Shown in pieces: positions 18,120 through 29,030 of a DNA stretch of 64,000 nt (the first letter of the stretch is position 1; each line of letters starts with the position of its first letter). Made by a program: the position numbers and the translations under genes. The stretch comes from a virus, in the IMG/VR virus record IMGVR_UViG_3300029374_000001, positions 192,001 to 256,000 of that record. The stretch is one strand, 5' to 3'. The notes under the pieces were generated by a model. The model was not told where the DNA came from. It made no database searches and was given only the letters and a program-made list of their open reading frames with translations.

Positions 18120-19916
18120 AGTACTTATTGTGACATATTTGCTTAGGTCATCTAATTGTAATACTACACCATAAGATGATAAGAACTTTCTTAGATTTTC
18201 TACTCGAACTTCTTCTGGAGTAGATTCTTCATCGAATAGTGTAACCGCATCTACCAATTTACCAGCACTCTTTAATCCAGTTGCATAATTACCACCACTG
18301 AATCCAATATCTGCTAAAGACTTCTCTTTGATCTTCTGTGTTGCTTCATCTTTAGAGATATAGGTAACTGCTGAATTAGTAAACGTTGATGTATGTGGAT
18401 TAGAAGTCAATGACCGAACTCCTAATGTAGGTTTATTATAATCTTCTTGTAATTTGATCGGGCATTCTATTGAATAAGGTTGATAGAATGTATTGAATGT
18501 CGTATTTCCACCATATCTTCTCTTAACTGCTTTGAACCCCAAATATTTAATTTTCTTCTCTTGATCCATCCAGAATGGTACTAAGAATATTGAATAATCT
18601 AAGTTTTCATTAATCAGTCCAGACTCACCAATATAATAACTGTCAATGCTGGACATAACCTTATCATATTCTCCCGTATCTCTCTTAGGAATAATATCCT
18701 TAGACCCTTCTCTATTCAATTGTGATGCAGTAATGAATGAGAGTTGATAATCAATTGCAATTGCTCTAAATTCATTACTGATAACCCCTAATTTTAATCT
18801 TTCGTCATCTTCTCTAATTGAGGGCATAATACGTTTCATATAGTCTTGAATGACTGCAATTGTTTCATATCCCTCATCGGCAAATTGATCGATCTTATCT
18901 CTGATATACTGTGTAGTAACAGAATATACAGACTTATATATATATACAAACTTAATTCCATCTGGATCATTGAAAATGGAATTGTTCCACATATCTAAGA
19001 TCTGTTCTGCTGTATATCGTTGATCTCTAATATCAATATTATACCCAGCCATATTTAACAACAATTGCATATCTTCTTGCAATCTGTTTTCCATACTGAA
19101 GTATAACAATAAAGGTTTCTTAGTTTTATCTCTACAGATATAACCTTTATTATGCTTTAAGATATTGATAGCGATTTCTTTAAGAGTTGTCGATTTACCT
19201 TCCCCAGGTAATGCGAAGAAACAATATTCTCGAGATTGTTCAAAGCCTCCTCTCAATAATTCATTCAGCATAGTAATGCCCGTTTTTAATACATGAGAGG
19301 GTTCTCGGATTTCTTTGATACATTCTAATAGCTTAATATTTCGAACTTCATCATTCAATCCGATTTCGTTTTCTTCTTCGACTACTTTATGCTGAATTAA
19401 AGCCTTATGCGTTTCTGAGATTTCATCTCTTAATGCGTCAATATTTTGATCCATATTTTGTGTATTGGAAATCATAATATTGATGGCTAAGTCTTTCATT
19501 TTCTCAGCATGGTCGAATATATATAAATTATCCGCATACTTAGGGATAACTGTACTTTCAATATAATTAACGTCGTTGCTATTCAATTCTCTGAAAGAAT
19601 TGAAATCAATATCGGGATACTTATTTCCAGAAGCTCCCAATACTTCTTCTAAAACTAATTGTTTATTATTGATTCTGTGGTTAATCTTAGTATTAACGAT
19701 ATCTCTGCAAAGCAATAATCTTTCTTTGCTTGCAGGATCCGATTCATATTCTGTTTCATCTATATTCTCTACAATATTTCGTAGAGCAACTAAAGCGGAT
19801 GGTCTAATATGTTCATTTTCACTCAACGCATAAGTACAAAACCCATCTAACGTTGATAAGGATAATTTCAGAACTGTTTTACCATCCTTTTTGAATAGTT
19901 TCTTTTTCTCCTTCAA
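18114..19916 (-). CDS. DnaB-family (RecA-fold) replicative helicase
   Basis: Walker A 'LPGEGKSTT'. Motif H4 'SFITASQLNREG' (the DnaB 'SQLNR' signature). 600 aa. Apparent TTG start with GGGAGAGGA about 10 nt upstream. Confidence 0.6.
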   Translation of the reverse strand: MKEKKKLFKKDGKTVLKLSLSTLDGFCTYALSENEHIRPSALVALRNIVENIDETEYESDPASKERLLLCRDIVNTKINHRINNKQLVLEEVLGASGNKYPDIDFNSFRELNSNDVNYIESTVIPKYADNLYIFDHAEKMKDLAINIMISNTQNMDQNIDALRDEISETHKALIQHKVVEEENEIGLNDEVRNIKLLECIKEIREPSHVLKTGITMLNELLRGGFEQSREYCFFALPGEGKSTTLKEIAINILKHNKGYICRDKTKKPLLLYFSMENRLQEDMQLLLNMAGYNIDIRDQRYTAEQILDMWNNSIFNDPDGIKFVYIYKSVYSVTTQYIRDKIDQFADEGYETIAVIQDYMKRIMPSIREDDERLKLGVISNEFRAIAIDYQLSFITASQLNREGSKDIIPKRDTGEYDKVMSSIDSYYIGESGLINENLDYSIFLVPFWMDQEKKIKYLGFKAVKRRYGGNTTFNTFYQPYSIECPIKLQEDYNKPTLGVRSLTSNPHTSTFTNSAVTYISKDEATQKIKEKSLADIGFSGGNYATGLKSAGKLVDAVTLFDEESTPEEVRVENLRKFLSSYGVVLQLDDLSKYVTISTT

Positions 19917-19955
19917 AGATAATCATCCTCTCCCAAATGTTAATTTGGTGTTGTA

Positions 19956-21086
19956 CTATAAATCATTTAGAATATCTACCAAATCTTTAGGAGTAATAAA
20001 GACTGTATTCATACATTGATTAATATACCGAGTGAGTTTTACTTCAGGAGATATATTTGGATCAAAGATGTAATTATATTCTTCATACTTCTCTTTGGCT
20101 TCTTCCATGGATTTGACTACAGTTTCATCTTTCGCTTTATTTAGAATGGATACATTCTTATTATTGCGATAGAATGTCTGTAGCGCATTGATAGTATCTG
20201 GATTGTTTTGAGTGATTTCTAAACGAATGAATTTAATTTGTTCATTTCGTACTCTATCCTCAATATAATCGATAATCTTCTTAGGATCTTTATGAATCAT
20301 ATCATCTAAATTCATAGTGATATATTTATCAGATATAATAGGCTCAAAGTCTAATGCATATCGATGAGTCGTTATATCTTGTAACAGAATATAAAATCCT
20401 TTTTCACCCTCATCTCCAAATGTCCACCGATAAGGTGAACCACAATAATAGAAATGAGAATCAAAACAAGCTGCTTGATGTACATGACCTGATATAATAG
20501 GACCCAAACAATATTGGAAATCTTCCATACAAAATACTGGTTCTCTTTGAGAATCTAAATCTGGAGAATTCTTTCCAAAGATAGCTCCTACATAAGTTCC
20601 ATGCATATAACAAGCATCATATAATCCAGAATTCCTTAAGAATCCATTATAGAATTCTTTTCCTTTACCATATAATTCTGGAATACATAGAATCTTCTTT
20701 CCTTTGACATATTCAAACTTCACATTTTCTATGATACGAATATCGGTATTAGATGATCTTTCTGCTAAAGGATAAAACAGTTTGATCTGATCCGCATCAT
20801 GAGAATATGTCCCAGCAATAATCATCAGAGTAGCATGTTTCTCTTCACATACTCTGATTAAGTCAGTAATAAAATAACAAGCTACAGATACAGCATCCGA
20901 GTTTGCCATAAATTTATGATGAAATATATCTCCGTTGACAGAAACTATATCCAGAATAGGCATAGCTTCTAGTTTAGATATATACTGCTCTTTTAAAATT
21001 TTGTATTGATATTTTGGATCTAATGCTCCAAAATGTAGATCGGCTATATGAGCCTCAATAAACATTCCATTTGGATTTAAACTCAT
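19956..21086 (-). CDS. Mre11/SbcD-like calcineurin-fold nuclease (T4 gp47 analogue)
   Basis: Phosphoesterase motifs 'ADLHFG', 'NGDIFH', 'AGTYSHD', 'MHGT' and 'SGHVHQ'. GGGAGG 6 nt upstream. Confidence 0.75.
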   Translation of the reverse strand: MSLNPNGMFIEAHIADLHFGALDPKYQYKILKEQYISKLEAMPILDIVSVNGDIFHHKFMANSDAVSVACYFITDLIRVCEEKHATLMIIAGTYSHDADQIKLFYPLAERSSNTDIRIIENVKFEYVKGKKILCIPELYGKGKEFYNGFLRNSGLYDACYMHGTYVGAIFGKNSPDLDSQREPVFCMEDFQYCLGPIISGHVHQAACFDSHFYYCGSPYRWTFGDEGEKGFYILLQDITTHRYALDFEPIISDKYITMNLDDMIHKDPKKIIDYIEDRVRNEQIKFIRLEITQNNPDTINALQTFYRNNKNVSILNKAKDETVVKSMEEAKEKYEEYNYIFDPNISPEVKLTRYINQCMNTVFITPKDLVDILNDL

Positions 21087-21195
21087 AGTTTTCCTCCCTA
21101 GATTTGGTTATGTTTTTGTTTATTAATGATTGTATTTCTAATATATAATATATCCTTGTAAATCTTTTAACTTAGTAAATAATATCCACTGGAGA

Positions 21196-21789
21196 TTACT
21201 CTCCAGTGGAATTCTTATTGGGTTTCTTAAACATCACTTGGTCAATTATTTCTGTATATACATACCACACATGATCTATGATTTCCTCTTTAAGCAATTC
21301 GATAATATCTTTTTTATACTTCATCAAAACAGATGGAGTATCTACTCGCATATACGTATCGGTACCCTCTCCAAATGAGCATACCAAATTGGTTAAGCAA
21401 GGAGATGTATTGATATTCAAATCGATACGAATACACATATGATTATCTCTGGAGCTCAATTGACATATGATGACAGTATTGTTATCTACCAAAGCATCTT
21501 TTTTAATAGTATAAATAAACTGGTTGGGTCTATTAGGATCATCATAAAACTTAGATATACCGGTTAATTGATTGACCGGTATCCGATGTGCATTATCCAT
21601 AAACATAATGAATTCGTAGATAAGCTCTTCTATAGAATCTATATGGAATATAATATCTAATAATTTCTGTCTCATTAACCAATAGAGGATTGGTCTAAGT
21701 ATATAATAAAAAGGTTTGCTCCATATATGTGTGATCATATAGTTTAGAGGGTATGTACATTTAACATATAAATCCATAAATGCCGTCAT
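21196..21789 (-). CDS. Hypothetical protein
   Basis: ORF. Start overlaps the upstream stop. Confidence 0.5.
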   Translation of the reverse strand: MTAFMDLYVKCTYPLNYMITHIWSKPFYYILRPILYWLMRQKLLDIIFHIDSIEELIYEFIMFMDNAHRIPVNQLTGISKFYDDPNRPNQFIYTIKKDALVDNNTVIICQLSSRDNHMCIRIDLNINTSPCLTNLVCSFGEGTDTYMRVDTPSVLMKYKKDIIELLKEEIIDHVWYVYTEIIDQVMFKKPNKNSTGE

Positions 21790-22541
21790 ACAATATCATC
21801 CCCATTACACATCGTTTTATATTCGTATTCTGAAGTAGACAATCTAAAATAAGAGTTCAATAATGAGAAGAATGTATCGGAAGCGTGTTGCATAAATTGA
21901 GCTCCATTAGGCGTATGCAGATCAATGTAATTGGATTCATAAGACCCATCAGTTTTAGATAGTCTTAAGATCATACAACTATCAATATCATATCCATAAT
22001 TCAAATTGATCAGATATCGATAAGCTGCTAATTGATAGAAATATTCTGGTTTGATTGCATTGGATGTTTTAAAATCCACCAGCATCTTTTCTCCATTGAT
22101 ATCCAAGAGAAGATCATAGGTTCCACCATACCATGGGCATGCCATTTTTTGTTCTTCTCCAATAACTTTGACCGTATACATTTCTTTTAATGAATCCCAC
22201 CAAGAATGGAAGGCAGCAATACAACTTTCAGATTCTTTGAGTTCTGTAATATCCTTAATATCATTTTGGATATAGTTCTCTATATAATTATGGGTTTCTG
22301 TTCCTATAGCGGCAGCAGCATTAAGAGCTTTATGATAACCAATATGCTTAAATCCTAAGCTATTGGCCCATGATGCAATTCCTGGTCTACCAATTGTTTT
22401 GTCTAATATAGAAGTTACTCTCGGCACGTTGACTCCATTGTATGTATATCTATCTGGTGCTTTTATTCCCTTAATATCTTTTAACGTAGGATAATCTTTA
22501 GAAATGAGATCTAATAATTGATCGGTTGTTTTGGTGTCCAT
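21786..22541 (-). CDS. PD-(D/E)XK nuclease (RecB/Cas4/YqaJ-like)
   Basis: 'GTYDLLLDINGEKMLVDFKTS' (D...E-x-K) plus the 'QLAAYRY' QxxxY motif. Start set at MDTKTTD (AAGGAGG 6 nt upstream). Confidence 0.55.
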   Translation of the reverse strand: MDTKTTDQLLDLISKDYPTLKDIKGIKAPDRYTYNGVNVPRVTSILDKTIGRPGIASWANSLGFKHIGYHKALNAAAAIGTETHNYIENYIQNDIKDITELKESESCIAAFHSWWDSLKEMYTVKVIGEEQKMACPWYGGTYDLLLDINGEKMLVDFKTSNAIKPEYFYQLAAYRYLINLNYGYDIDSCMILRLSKTDGSYESNYIDLHTPNGAQFMQHASDTFFSLLNSYFRLSTSEYEYKTMCNGDDIV

Positions 22542-22670
22542 AATAATCCTCCTTAAAACTCTTATGATAATGTATTTATACAAATAGATTGCTAATTAAT
22601 CTGGAAAACATACTAATAACTATTGAGTTTGTACAGAAACTAACTTAAATAAGAAAGGAAGACTGAAATT

Positions 22671-23618
22671 ATGTCAGACGTAAAATCTACAGCATCCCCA
22701 ATTACCAGTTGCTTTATATACAACAAGATGGCTGGATATACTAAGATTATGACTGATGCGATTATGCATGCAGAGAGAATCAATAAAAATACAGAAGCAT
22801 TTGTAGAAGATGTAGCCTTAGAAGTTAAGAGAGCCAATGTTCCTACAAACACTCTTAAGATTTTGAATTCTAAGAATACTCATTTGATTTGGCCTAAAGA
22901 TTCACTTCCCAGACCAATCAAAGTATTTGCAGCTAAAGATCTGAAAGGCAATAAAAAGATCAACGTATTTATTGATTGCACCAATGTTATTAAAACTGGT
23001 GCTAATGGAAGATATAAAGTTAATACGAATGTATTACTGGCTTATATTTATTCTGCAAAACTGAATATGATGTATTATGGTATTCCTGGCGTATTCTCTA
23101 AGAGATCTGCAGATACTACATTATATACAAGAGCTTATGCAAAACTCTTTACACATATTATAGACTATATCGGAAATATCTCTGTTATTCCAGATAATAG
23201 AGAAAAGATGATGTATATGGCTTCTAAGTTCTTCTTAAATTCTATATTAGCTATTTCCGATGAAGATAAGATTGAATCCATTGCAGTTAAAGCTGCTGGG
23301 ATTACTCAGTCTCAAGCCAATATATTTAGCATCCGTACAGAAGGATTAGATTTTGATTCTTTACCTGGATTTGTAGATACAGTTAAAGAAGTATTTAAAC
23401 TGGATAAGCTGACTATTGGTTTAGTTCTGGAAAAATGGATGTTCTTATATGGAGCTGGATCTATTTTGGGAATCGAATTCTTGCCATCATTCCTGACAAT
23501 GGTTACAGATGCATATTGCGGAGTTTATCTCAATAACCAGAAAACAATTGAGAAGATTCTGAATAAAGACTTAGTAGAAATGGGCAAGATTCTAATCTAC
23601 GAAAATACTAATATTTAA
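22671..23618 (+). CDS. Hypothetical protein (first gene of the plus-strand structural block)
   Basis: ORF followed by a small hairpin and T-run before the next gene. Confidence 0.5.
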   Translation: MSDVKSTASPITSCFIYNKMAGYTKIMTDAIMHAERINKNTEAFVEDVALEVKRANVPTNTLKILNSKNTHLIWPKDSLPRPIKVFAAKDLKGNKKINVFIDCTNVIKTGANGRYKVNTNVLLAYIYSAKLNMMYYGIPGVFSKRSADTTLYTRAYAKLFTHIIDYIGNISVIPDNREKMMYMASKFFLNSILAISDEDKIESIAVKAAGITQSQANIFSIRTEGLDFDSLPGFVDTVKEVFKLDKLTIGLVLEKWMFLYGAGSILGIEFLPSFLTMVTDAYCGVYLNNQKTIEKILNKDLVEMGKILIYENTNI

Positions 23619-23684
23619 TTTGATCATAAATAATTGGGTGAAGGTTAATGCCTTCATCCATTATTTTTAAGAAGGTGAGAATTA

Positions 23685-26600
23685 ATGGATTATGACGTTC
23701 TGATTAATTTACGATTCAGAAAGAATGAAGGATCAACAGATTTAGCAAAAACAACATGGAATTCCATGGTCATTCATAAAAACGTGCGAACAGAATCTAT
23801 CGATTATTCTGCGGCCGGAAGATTTACTGGGGAATGTGCATATTTTGATGGGGAAATTTCTCAGTTAAAGAAAATGAATGGTGGAAAGTTTACCATTAAT
23901 GGAACCACAGATATGACGATATCGGTATGGTTTAATAGTGATCCGACAGAATCCAATCTGAATCAATATTTTATCAATGGGAATAGTCTGAATAAGACAG
24001 ATAACAATTCCTTCTATATGAAGTATGATGACGTTCATCATACATTAAAATTAGTATTGGTAGATAGAGCGCATAGAAAAATAGAATCGAATGATATTTC
24101 CGCTTTATATAAGAAGAATGAATGGAATCATATTGCCGCTATCAGAAGTAATGGACAGACAGGATTGTATCTGAATGGGCAGTTAGTATCTACATTAAAT
24201 GGAGCTTCTGCTATCTATGAGTTTACTTCTTCTGTATGTATGGTTGGTAAAGGATATGATGAAGATCATTTGATCTTTGGAACAATGAAGGGATATCTGG
24301 ATGATTTAGTTGTTATGAGACATGCTCTGACAATTAATGCAGATAGTACAATTGATGTTCCTACCGACTATTTGATGAATATTATTGATCCTGCTTTAAC
24401 CGAAGAATCTCCAGAAAACATATGGACAGAAGATGAACGAGAATATTCCAGATATGATGATATTGTAAATACTATCGAATGGAAACGATTCAATACTAAA
24501 AGAGCCATTTATTATAGACAACATGGATTGATTCCTTATCGCTTAAATGAAGTTTATGAACCAATTGATACCAATATTCCCGACTGGATTAGACCTGTTA
24601 TACATGGAGCCTATTCTGTACTGGATAAGGTCTCTTATAATTCTGGAGATCTATATGCCAGCAATAAGAATAAGAATGATTCTATTCCAGGAACCAATAA
24701 AGATTGGACACAGATCGATTGGGCTTCTAACAATCACCCGACGTGGTCTCTAAGAAAAGCAATGTACAAATATATGCAGAAATGTATATATAAGAAGAGA
24801 GTTTATCAATCTCAGATTAACTATAACAAGGATGTACCTTGCTATTGGTTAAAAGTAGATGAAACTGAAGTGGATGTTCCTGAAGATACTCCAAAATGGA
24901 CTGACTACGATGTCTATAAAGAAAATGATTTGGTCAGATATAATGATATTGCTTATCAATCTACTATAGCTAATAATATTAATCATACTCCTGGAGATAT
25001 CTCTAAATGGAAAGAAGTTGGAGGAAGTCTGAGTTCTTTAGAAGACTGGTCTGAACCCAATCCATTTATGAAAGGTGATATTGTTAAACAAGATGGTGTA
25101 CTATACTATTCTAACGTAGATGATAATATATTTGAACCTAAGACTCATATCGTACAATGGACTCCATTCTTAGCCTGGAAGATGTGTACTTATACTAATA
25201 CATATCAAAAGGGAGATAAAGTAGATTATAATGGACAGACTTTTGTTTGTACTCAAAACGAATCTCATTTAGCCCCTGACGAATATAGAAGCAGATTCTT
25301 CTATAAATCTTTGGTTAATAATAATAAAGCCATTCCTGGAGCATCTTCTTCTTGGAAGAGAATCTATGAGTCCGATTTAACCGTAGATCAGATACAGAGA
25401 GCTTCTGAACATAAGAAAGGTGTTTCTTATAATAAAAATACATTGGTTAAAGTGACTGATGGAGATTGGTATCTGACAACCAATGCAGATATATATGCTA
25501 AAGACGGGGTCTTTGTTGTTAATAGAGACTATAATGCAATTGGTATTAGACTCTATAGTGCAGTAGATAATTTCTTCTTAAGCAATAATATCAATAGACA
25601 GAAGTTCAATATGAATTATCTGACAGCATATAAGACCAAATGGATTGGTGGATATATGCTGATGATCAATGGAAAATTTATTCCGTGGGAAGATATTAAT
25701 GTTGTACGATCTGATCGATATGTAACTTTGTTTGTATCTAAGCTGCCTAGACAAACTCAGATAAAAAAAGTAGATTTAATTCATATTCCATTTAGAGTAA
25801 CATATTCTGATCATGGATTTATTCCTGAGAAGGGTATTAAGTTATTTGGGTTTGAGAAAAATAAATCTTGTGGGAATGATTATATTATATCCACGACTAA
25901 TACCAATGTAAGATGCTTGGAATATTCTGGAACTAGATTTGATAATTTGTATTTAGATACAAATCTAACTCATAAGATTACCAAAGCCAATATCTATGTA
26001 TTCAAAGAAGATGGAACTCTAATTGATCAGGATAAATATACCATATCTGCCGCCAATATATTCAATATGACAACAGATGGTAAAACGAAATATAGAGTCA
26101 TCGTTATTTGGTATATCAATGAAAATCAGTCTGAAGATAATTTGTCTTTGATTCCAAATATGGAAGATGTCAGAAAATATGTTATCTATCCAGATACAGA
26201 TCAAGATAAAGCTCCTATCAGTTTACAATATTTAAAGACTGAATTTGATTTTGGTCATGTACATCAGAAAACCTTTGATGATAATATCGATACTTCTATG
26301 GGATATATCTTTGGATATAATAAGAACAAATACGATGAGGTTTATGAACACGTTAGACCAGTTAATATGGAAGAATACTCAGAAGAAACTATGAATTGTT
26401 TAAAGAGAACAATCAAAATTCTTTTGACAGAAAATGATCTAGACGTATTACTACATTCCTATGTAATGGTCAATGATTATACGTTGGTAGAATTGACTGA
26501 GCAGAATAAAAATAAGTTTTTGAATAAAACGATCTTTATGAAGCTTAGAAAAGAAATTCCTATTCGTATTACTTCATCAAATGTAAATAAACTGATTGGT

Positions 26601-29015
26601 AGTACAATTAAAGATGATACGTCTAAGTATGCTGTACAACTAACCAACGTTAATAAAGATAAATATATTGGCAAAGATGTTATTCTGAAAGGAATGAGCG
26701 TATTTAAGAATAATACATTCGTTACTGATCATATTATCATGAGTAGAGATATTTATGATAAGATGGATTATAAGAATAATACGCATGTCATTCTCTTTAA
26801 ACGTGGTATGCTTCCTAAATGGTATAATACTATTAAATATACCAATGATCAGTTTTATTTCAAAGATTTACCTAGATCTGGTGATAATAAAGTTACTTTT
26901 GTTCATACAGAAAATCAGACTATTTTTGCAGAGTGTAATGGTATGGTATACGATAGTAGAACGAATCCTGGCGGATTTATGACGGAAGATGGATCTGAAA
27001 TTAAAGTATGGGTTGTAGCTGATCCTGGATATTTTGCTGGCGAACCAAATATGACAGATGGTATTATTTATGAAAATACAAGTCTGTCTGCTACAGATGC
27101 TATTCCAATGATTAGAACAGTTAGAATTATTCCATCTGCCCATCAGACAATTCGTGTAACGATAGTAGGTAATGATATGAAGCCTGGTTCGGTTAGTCCT
27201 GGAACAGAATATATATGTAAAGATACAGAAGTATCGTTTACTGTTCCATATGCTACAAAGATTAAAGCATCCATTAGTGCGGATACTGGATATGATGTAG
27301 GTAAATTGAACTTAACCGAAGTAACTGTTAAAGCAGATACTACGATTAGAGCATCGGTAGCAAATCTTCATATATACAATATCGTATTACGCAATCTGGA
27401 TCCTGTCAATCAGGATTTCAAAGCAGTATGCAATGGTAAAACATATACCACTACATTTACTGGAACATATAGTCAGACATATACGTTATCTGCCACATCT
27501 AAGAAAAAAGGATATTCTCCTGGACGTATCACAGATCCTGGAAATGGAGTTATTACAAAAGATACTGTATGTACGGTCGGAGCAGTTATTCTTAAGGAAT
27601 ATACCATAAAGATTTTGCCCACTGATAATCAACTCTTAGAAGTTATTTATAAAGGCAAGACGTATTATGAACGAGACTCTTTCCATGTAAATTATGGAGA
27701 TACGTATAATGTCTCTGTAACTTCGGATAATGGATATAATGCAGGTAAACCTAAAGCATCCGATAATGGTTTAGGAAGTATTCATGTACAGAATGACAAT
27801 GAAAAGCAACGTCAAATCTTAACAGCTACTGGTACTGTAGGAGATAACGGAGAAATTGTTATTAGTGCAGAACCCGCTGTAAGAAAGATGTATACAATCA
27901 ATATTCAACAGTCCGATCATCAGACGATTGAAGTTGTCTATAATGGACAGCCACATACCAATACATTTGAAGTTCCATATGGAGCTGAAATTACTACAAG
28001 AATTGTCAATGTAGAAACTGGTTATAATGCTGGTAAAGTTAATATTGATAAGACAACTGTTACATCTAATATTACAATTATGGCTACACCGGCCGTACTT
28101 AACTGGTATACAGTTCATATCATTCAATCAGCACATCAGACTGTATTTGTAGAATCTGATGGTGCGGATCATACTTCAGATTATGGTATACGTGCTGGAA
28201 CACAATGGTATGCTCGAGTTATTCCAGAACAGGGATATCTCTCGCCTGGCTTAAATGGTCCATCTTCTGGAGTTATATCTTCAGATATAACAGTTTCTGC
28301 ACAAGAGGCTCAGATTGCTCCAAACAATAAGACTTTCCATATGCTCAAAGCTCGATATGATCGTGGAGCTGGATATTGTAGTTTCTATACTGACGATAGA
28401 TTAGAATATGGCGGAAGTATGATGGATGAAGTTGGATGGGTCGAACCTAATAGAATTTTGGAAAGTAATGGTTATAAAGTTTGTATAGAAGCATTTTATA
28501 GTAGAATGTACAACGGCTGGCGTCCGCCGAATGAATATAATTTATACCCGCAAGAATATAAAAAAACTGGAAAGCATAAATATACTGGAGGCTGGTGGGT
28601 ATATCGAACATATTTCAATATATCTAATGAAGACGGTGGTAAAGATGCATACCGAGTACAAAAAGTTAAAATTCATGCAGTTACTCCATTATCATCTTAT
28701 AATCATACAGATTTTAGCGATATTGTTATGGATAAATACTATGTGGATAAATTTAATAGAGAATGTGATCCGCTATATGATGAAGATAGAGTATATCATC
28801 GATTAGATCCTGCTTATCTTCGTACAGAGCGCGGCGGATATTGGGGCAAAATTTTCTATTATGATACGATTATTAAATTTGCTGGTTGGCCAGATCCATC
28901 GTCAAGAGATCCTTCAAAATATAGAGAAAATGGATTTAACTTATGGGGAATCGAGGGCATGAATCGCGATACCCTAATAGATACTCAATTTACATTTGAA
29001 TTATTTGGTATTTAG
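23685..29015 (+). CDS. Giant tail fibre/adhesin: LamG/ConA-like lectin domain + three CBM5/12-like repeats + tandem Ig-like modules
   Basis: N-terminal region (residues ~60-215) has a LamG/pentraxin-like pattern, including 'GYLDDLVV'. Three W-x-Y-x-GD-V-x-Y-N-G-Y repeats, characteristic of CBM5/12, at nt ~24890-25270. At least five ~90-aa repeats of the form 'YT[IV]x[IV]xQSxHQT[IV]xV...GYNAGK'. AAGGTGAG SD. Confidence 0.7.
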   Translation: MDYDVLINLRFRKNEGSTDLAKTTWNSMVIHKNVRTESIDYSAAGRFTGECAYFDGEISQLKKMNGGKFTINGTTDMTISVWFNSDPTESNLNQYFINGNSLNKTDNNSFYMKYDDVHHTLKLVLVDRAHRKIESNDISALYKKNEWNHIAAIRSNGQTGLYLNGQLVSTLNGASAIYEFTSSVCMVGKGYDEDHLIFGTMKGYLDDLVVMRHALTINADSTIDVPTDYLMNIIDPALTEESPENIWTEDEREYSRYDDIVNTIEWKRFNTKRAIYYRQHGLIPYRLNEVYEPIDTNIPDWIRPVIHGAYSVLDKVSYNSGDLYASNKNKNDSIPGTNKDWTQIDWASNNHPTWSLRKAMYKYMQKCIYKKRVYQSQINYNKDVPCYWLKVDETEVDVPEDTPKWTDYDVYKENDLVRYNDIAYQSTIANNINHTPGDISKWKEVGGSLSSLEDWSEPNPFMKGDIVKQDGVLYYSNVDDNIFEPKTHIVQWTPFLAWKMCTYTNTYQKGDKVDYNGQTFVCTQNESHLAPDEYRSRFFYKSLVNNNKAIPGASSSWKRIYESDLTVDQIQRASEHKKGVSYNKNTLVKVTDGDWYLTTNADIYAKDGVFVVNRDYNAIGIRLYSAVDNFFLSNNINRQKFNMNYLTAYKTKWIGGYMLMINGKFIPWEDINVVRSDRYVTLFVSKLPRQTQIKKVDLIHIPFRVTYSDHGFIPEKGIKLFGFEKNKSCGNDYIISTTNTNVRCLEYSGTRFDNLYLDTNLTHKITKANIYVFKEDGTLIDQDKYTISAANIFNMTTDGKTKYRVIVIWYINENQSEDNLSLIPNMEDVRKYVIYPDTDQDKAPISLQYLKTEFDFGHVHQKTFDDNIDTSMGYIFGYNKNKYDEVYEHVRPVNMEEYSEETMNCLKRTIKILLTENDLDVLLHSYVMVNDYTLVELTEQNKNKFLNKTIFMKLRKEIPIRITSSNVNKLIGSTIKDDTSKYAVQLTNVNKDKYIGKDVILKGMSVFKNNTFVTDHIIMSRDIYDKMDYKNNTHVILFKRGMLPKWYNTIKYTNDQFYFKDLPRSGDNKVTFVHTENQTIFAECNGMVYDSRTNPGGFMTEDGSEIKVWVVADPGYFAGEPNMTDGIIYENTSLSATDAIPMIRTVRIIPSAHQTIRVTIVGNDMKPGSVSPGTEYICKDTEVSFTVPYATKIKASISADTGYDVGKLNLTEVTVKADTTIRASVANLHIYNIVLRNLDPVNQDFKAVCNGKTYTTTFTGTYSQTYTLSATSKKKGYSPGRITDPGNGVITKDTVCTVGAVILKEYTIKILPTDNQLLEVIYKGKTYYERDSFHVNYGDTYNVSVTSDNGYNAGKPKASDNGLGSIHVQNDNEKQRQILTATGTVGDNGEIVISAEPAVRKMYTINIQQSDHQTIEVVYNGQPHTNTFEVPYGAEITTRIVNVETGYNAGKVNIDKTTVTSNITIMATPAVLNWYTVHIIQSAHQTVFVESDGADHTSDYGIRAGTQWYARVIPEQGYLSPGLNGPSSGVISSDITVSAQEAQIAPNNKTFHMLKARYDRGAGYCSFYTDDRLEYGGSMMDEVGWVEPNRILESNGYKVCIEAFYSRMYNGWRPPNEYNLYPQEYKKTGKHKYTGGWWVYRTYFNISNEDGGKDAYRVQKVKIHAVTPLSSYNHTDFSDIVMDKYYVDKFNRECDPLYDEDRVYHRLDPAYLRTERGGYWGKIFYYDTIIKFAGWPDPSSRDPSKYRENGFNLWGIEGMNRDTLIDTQFTFELFGI

Positions 29016-29030
29016 GAGGTAGAAATATAA

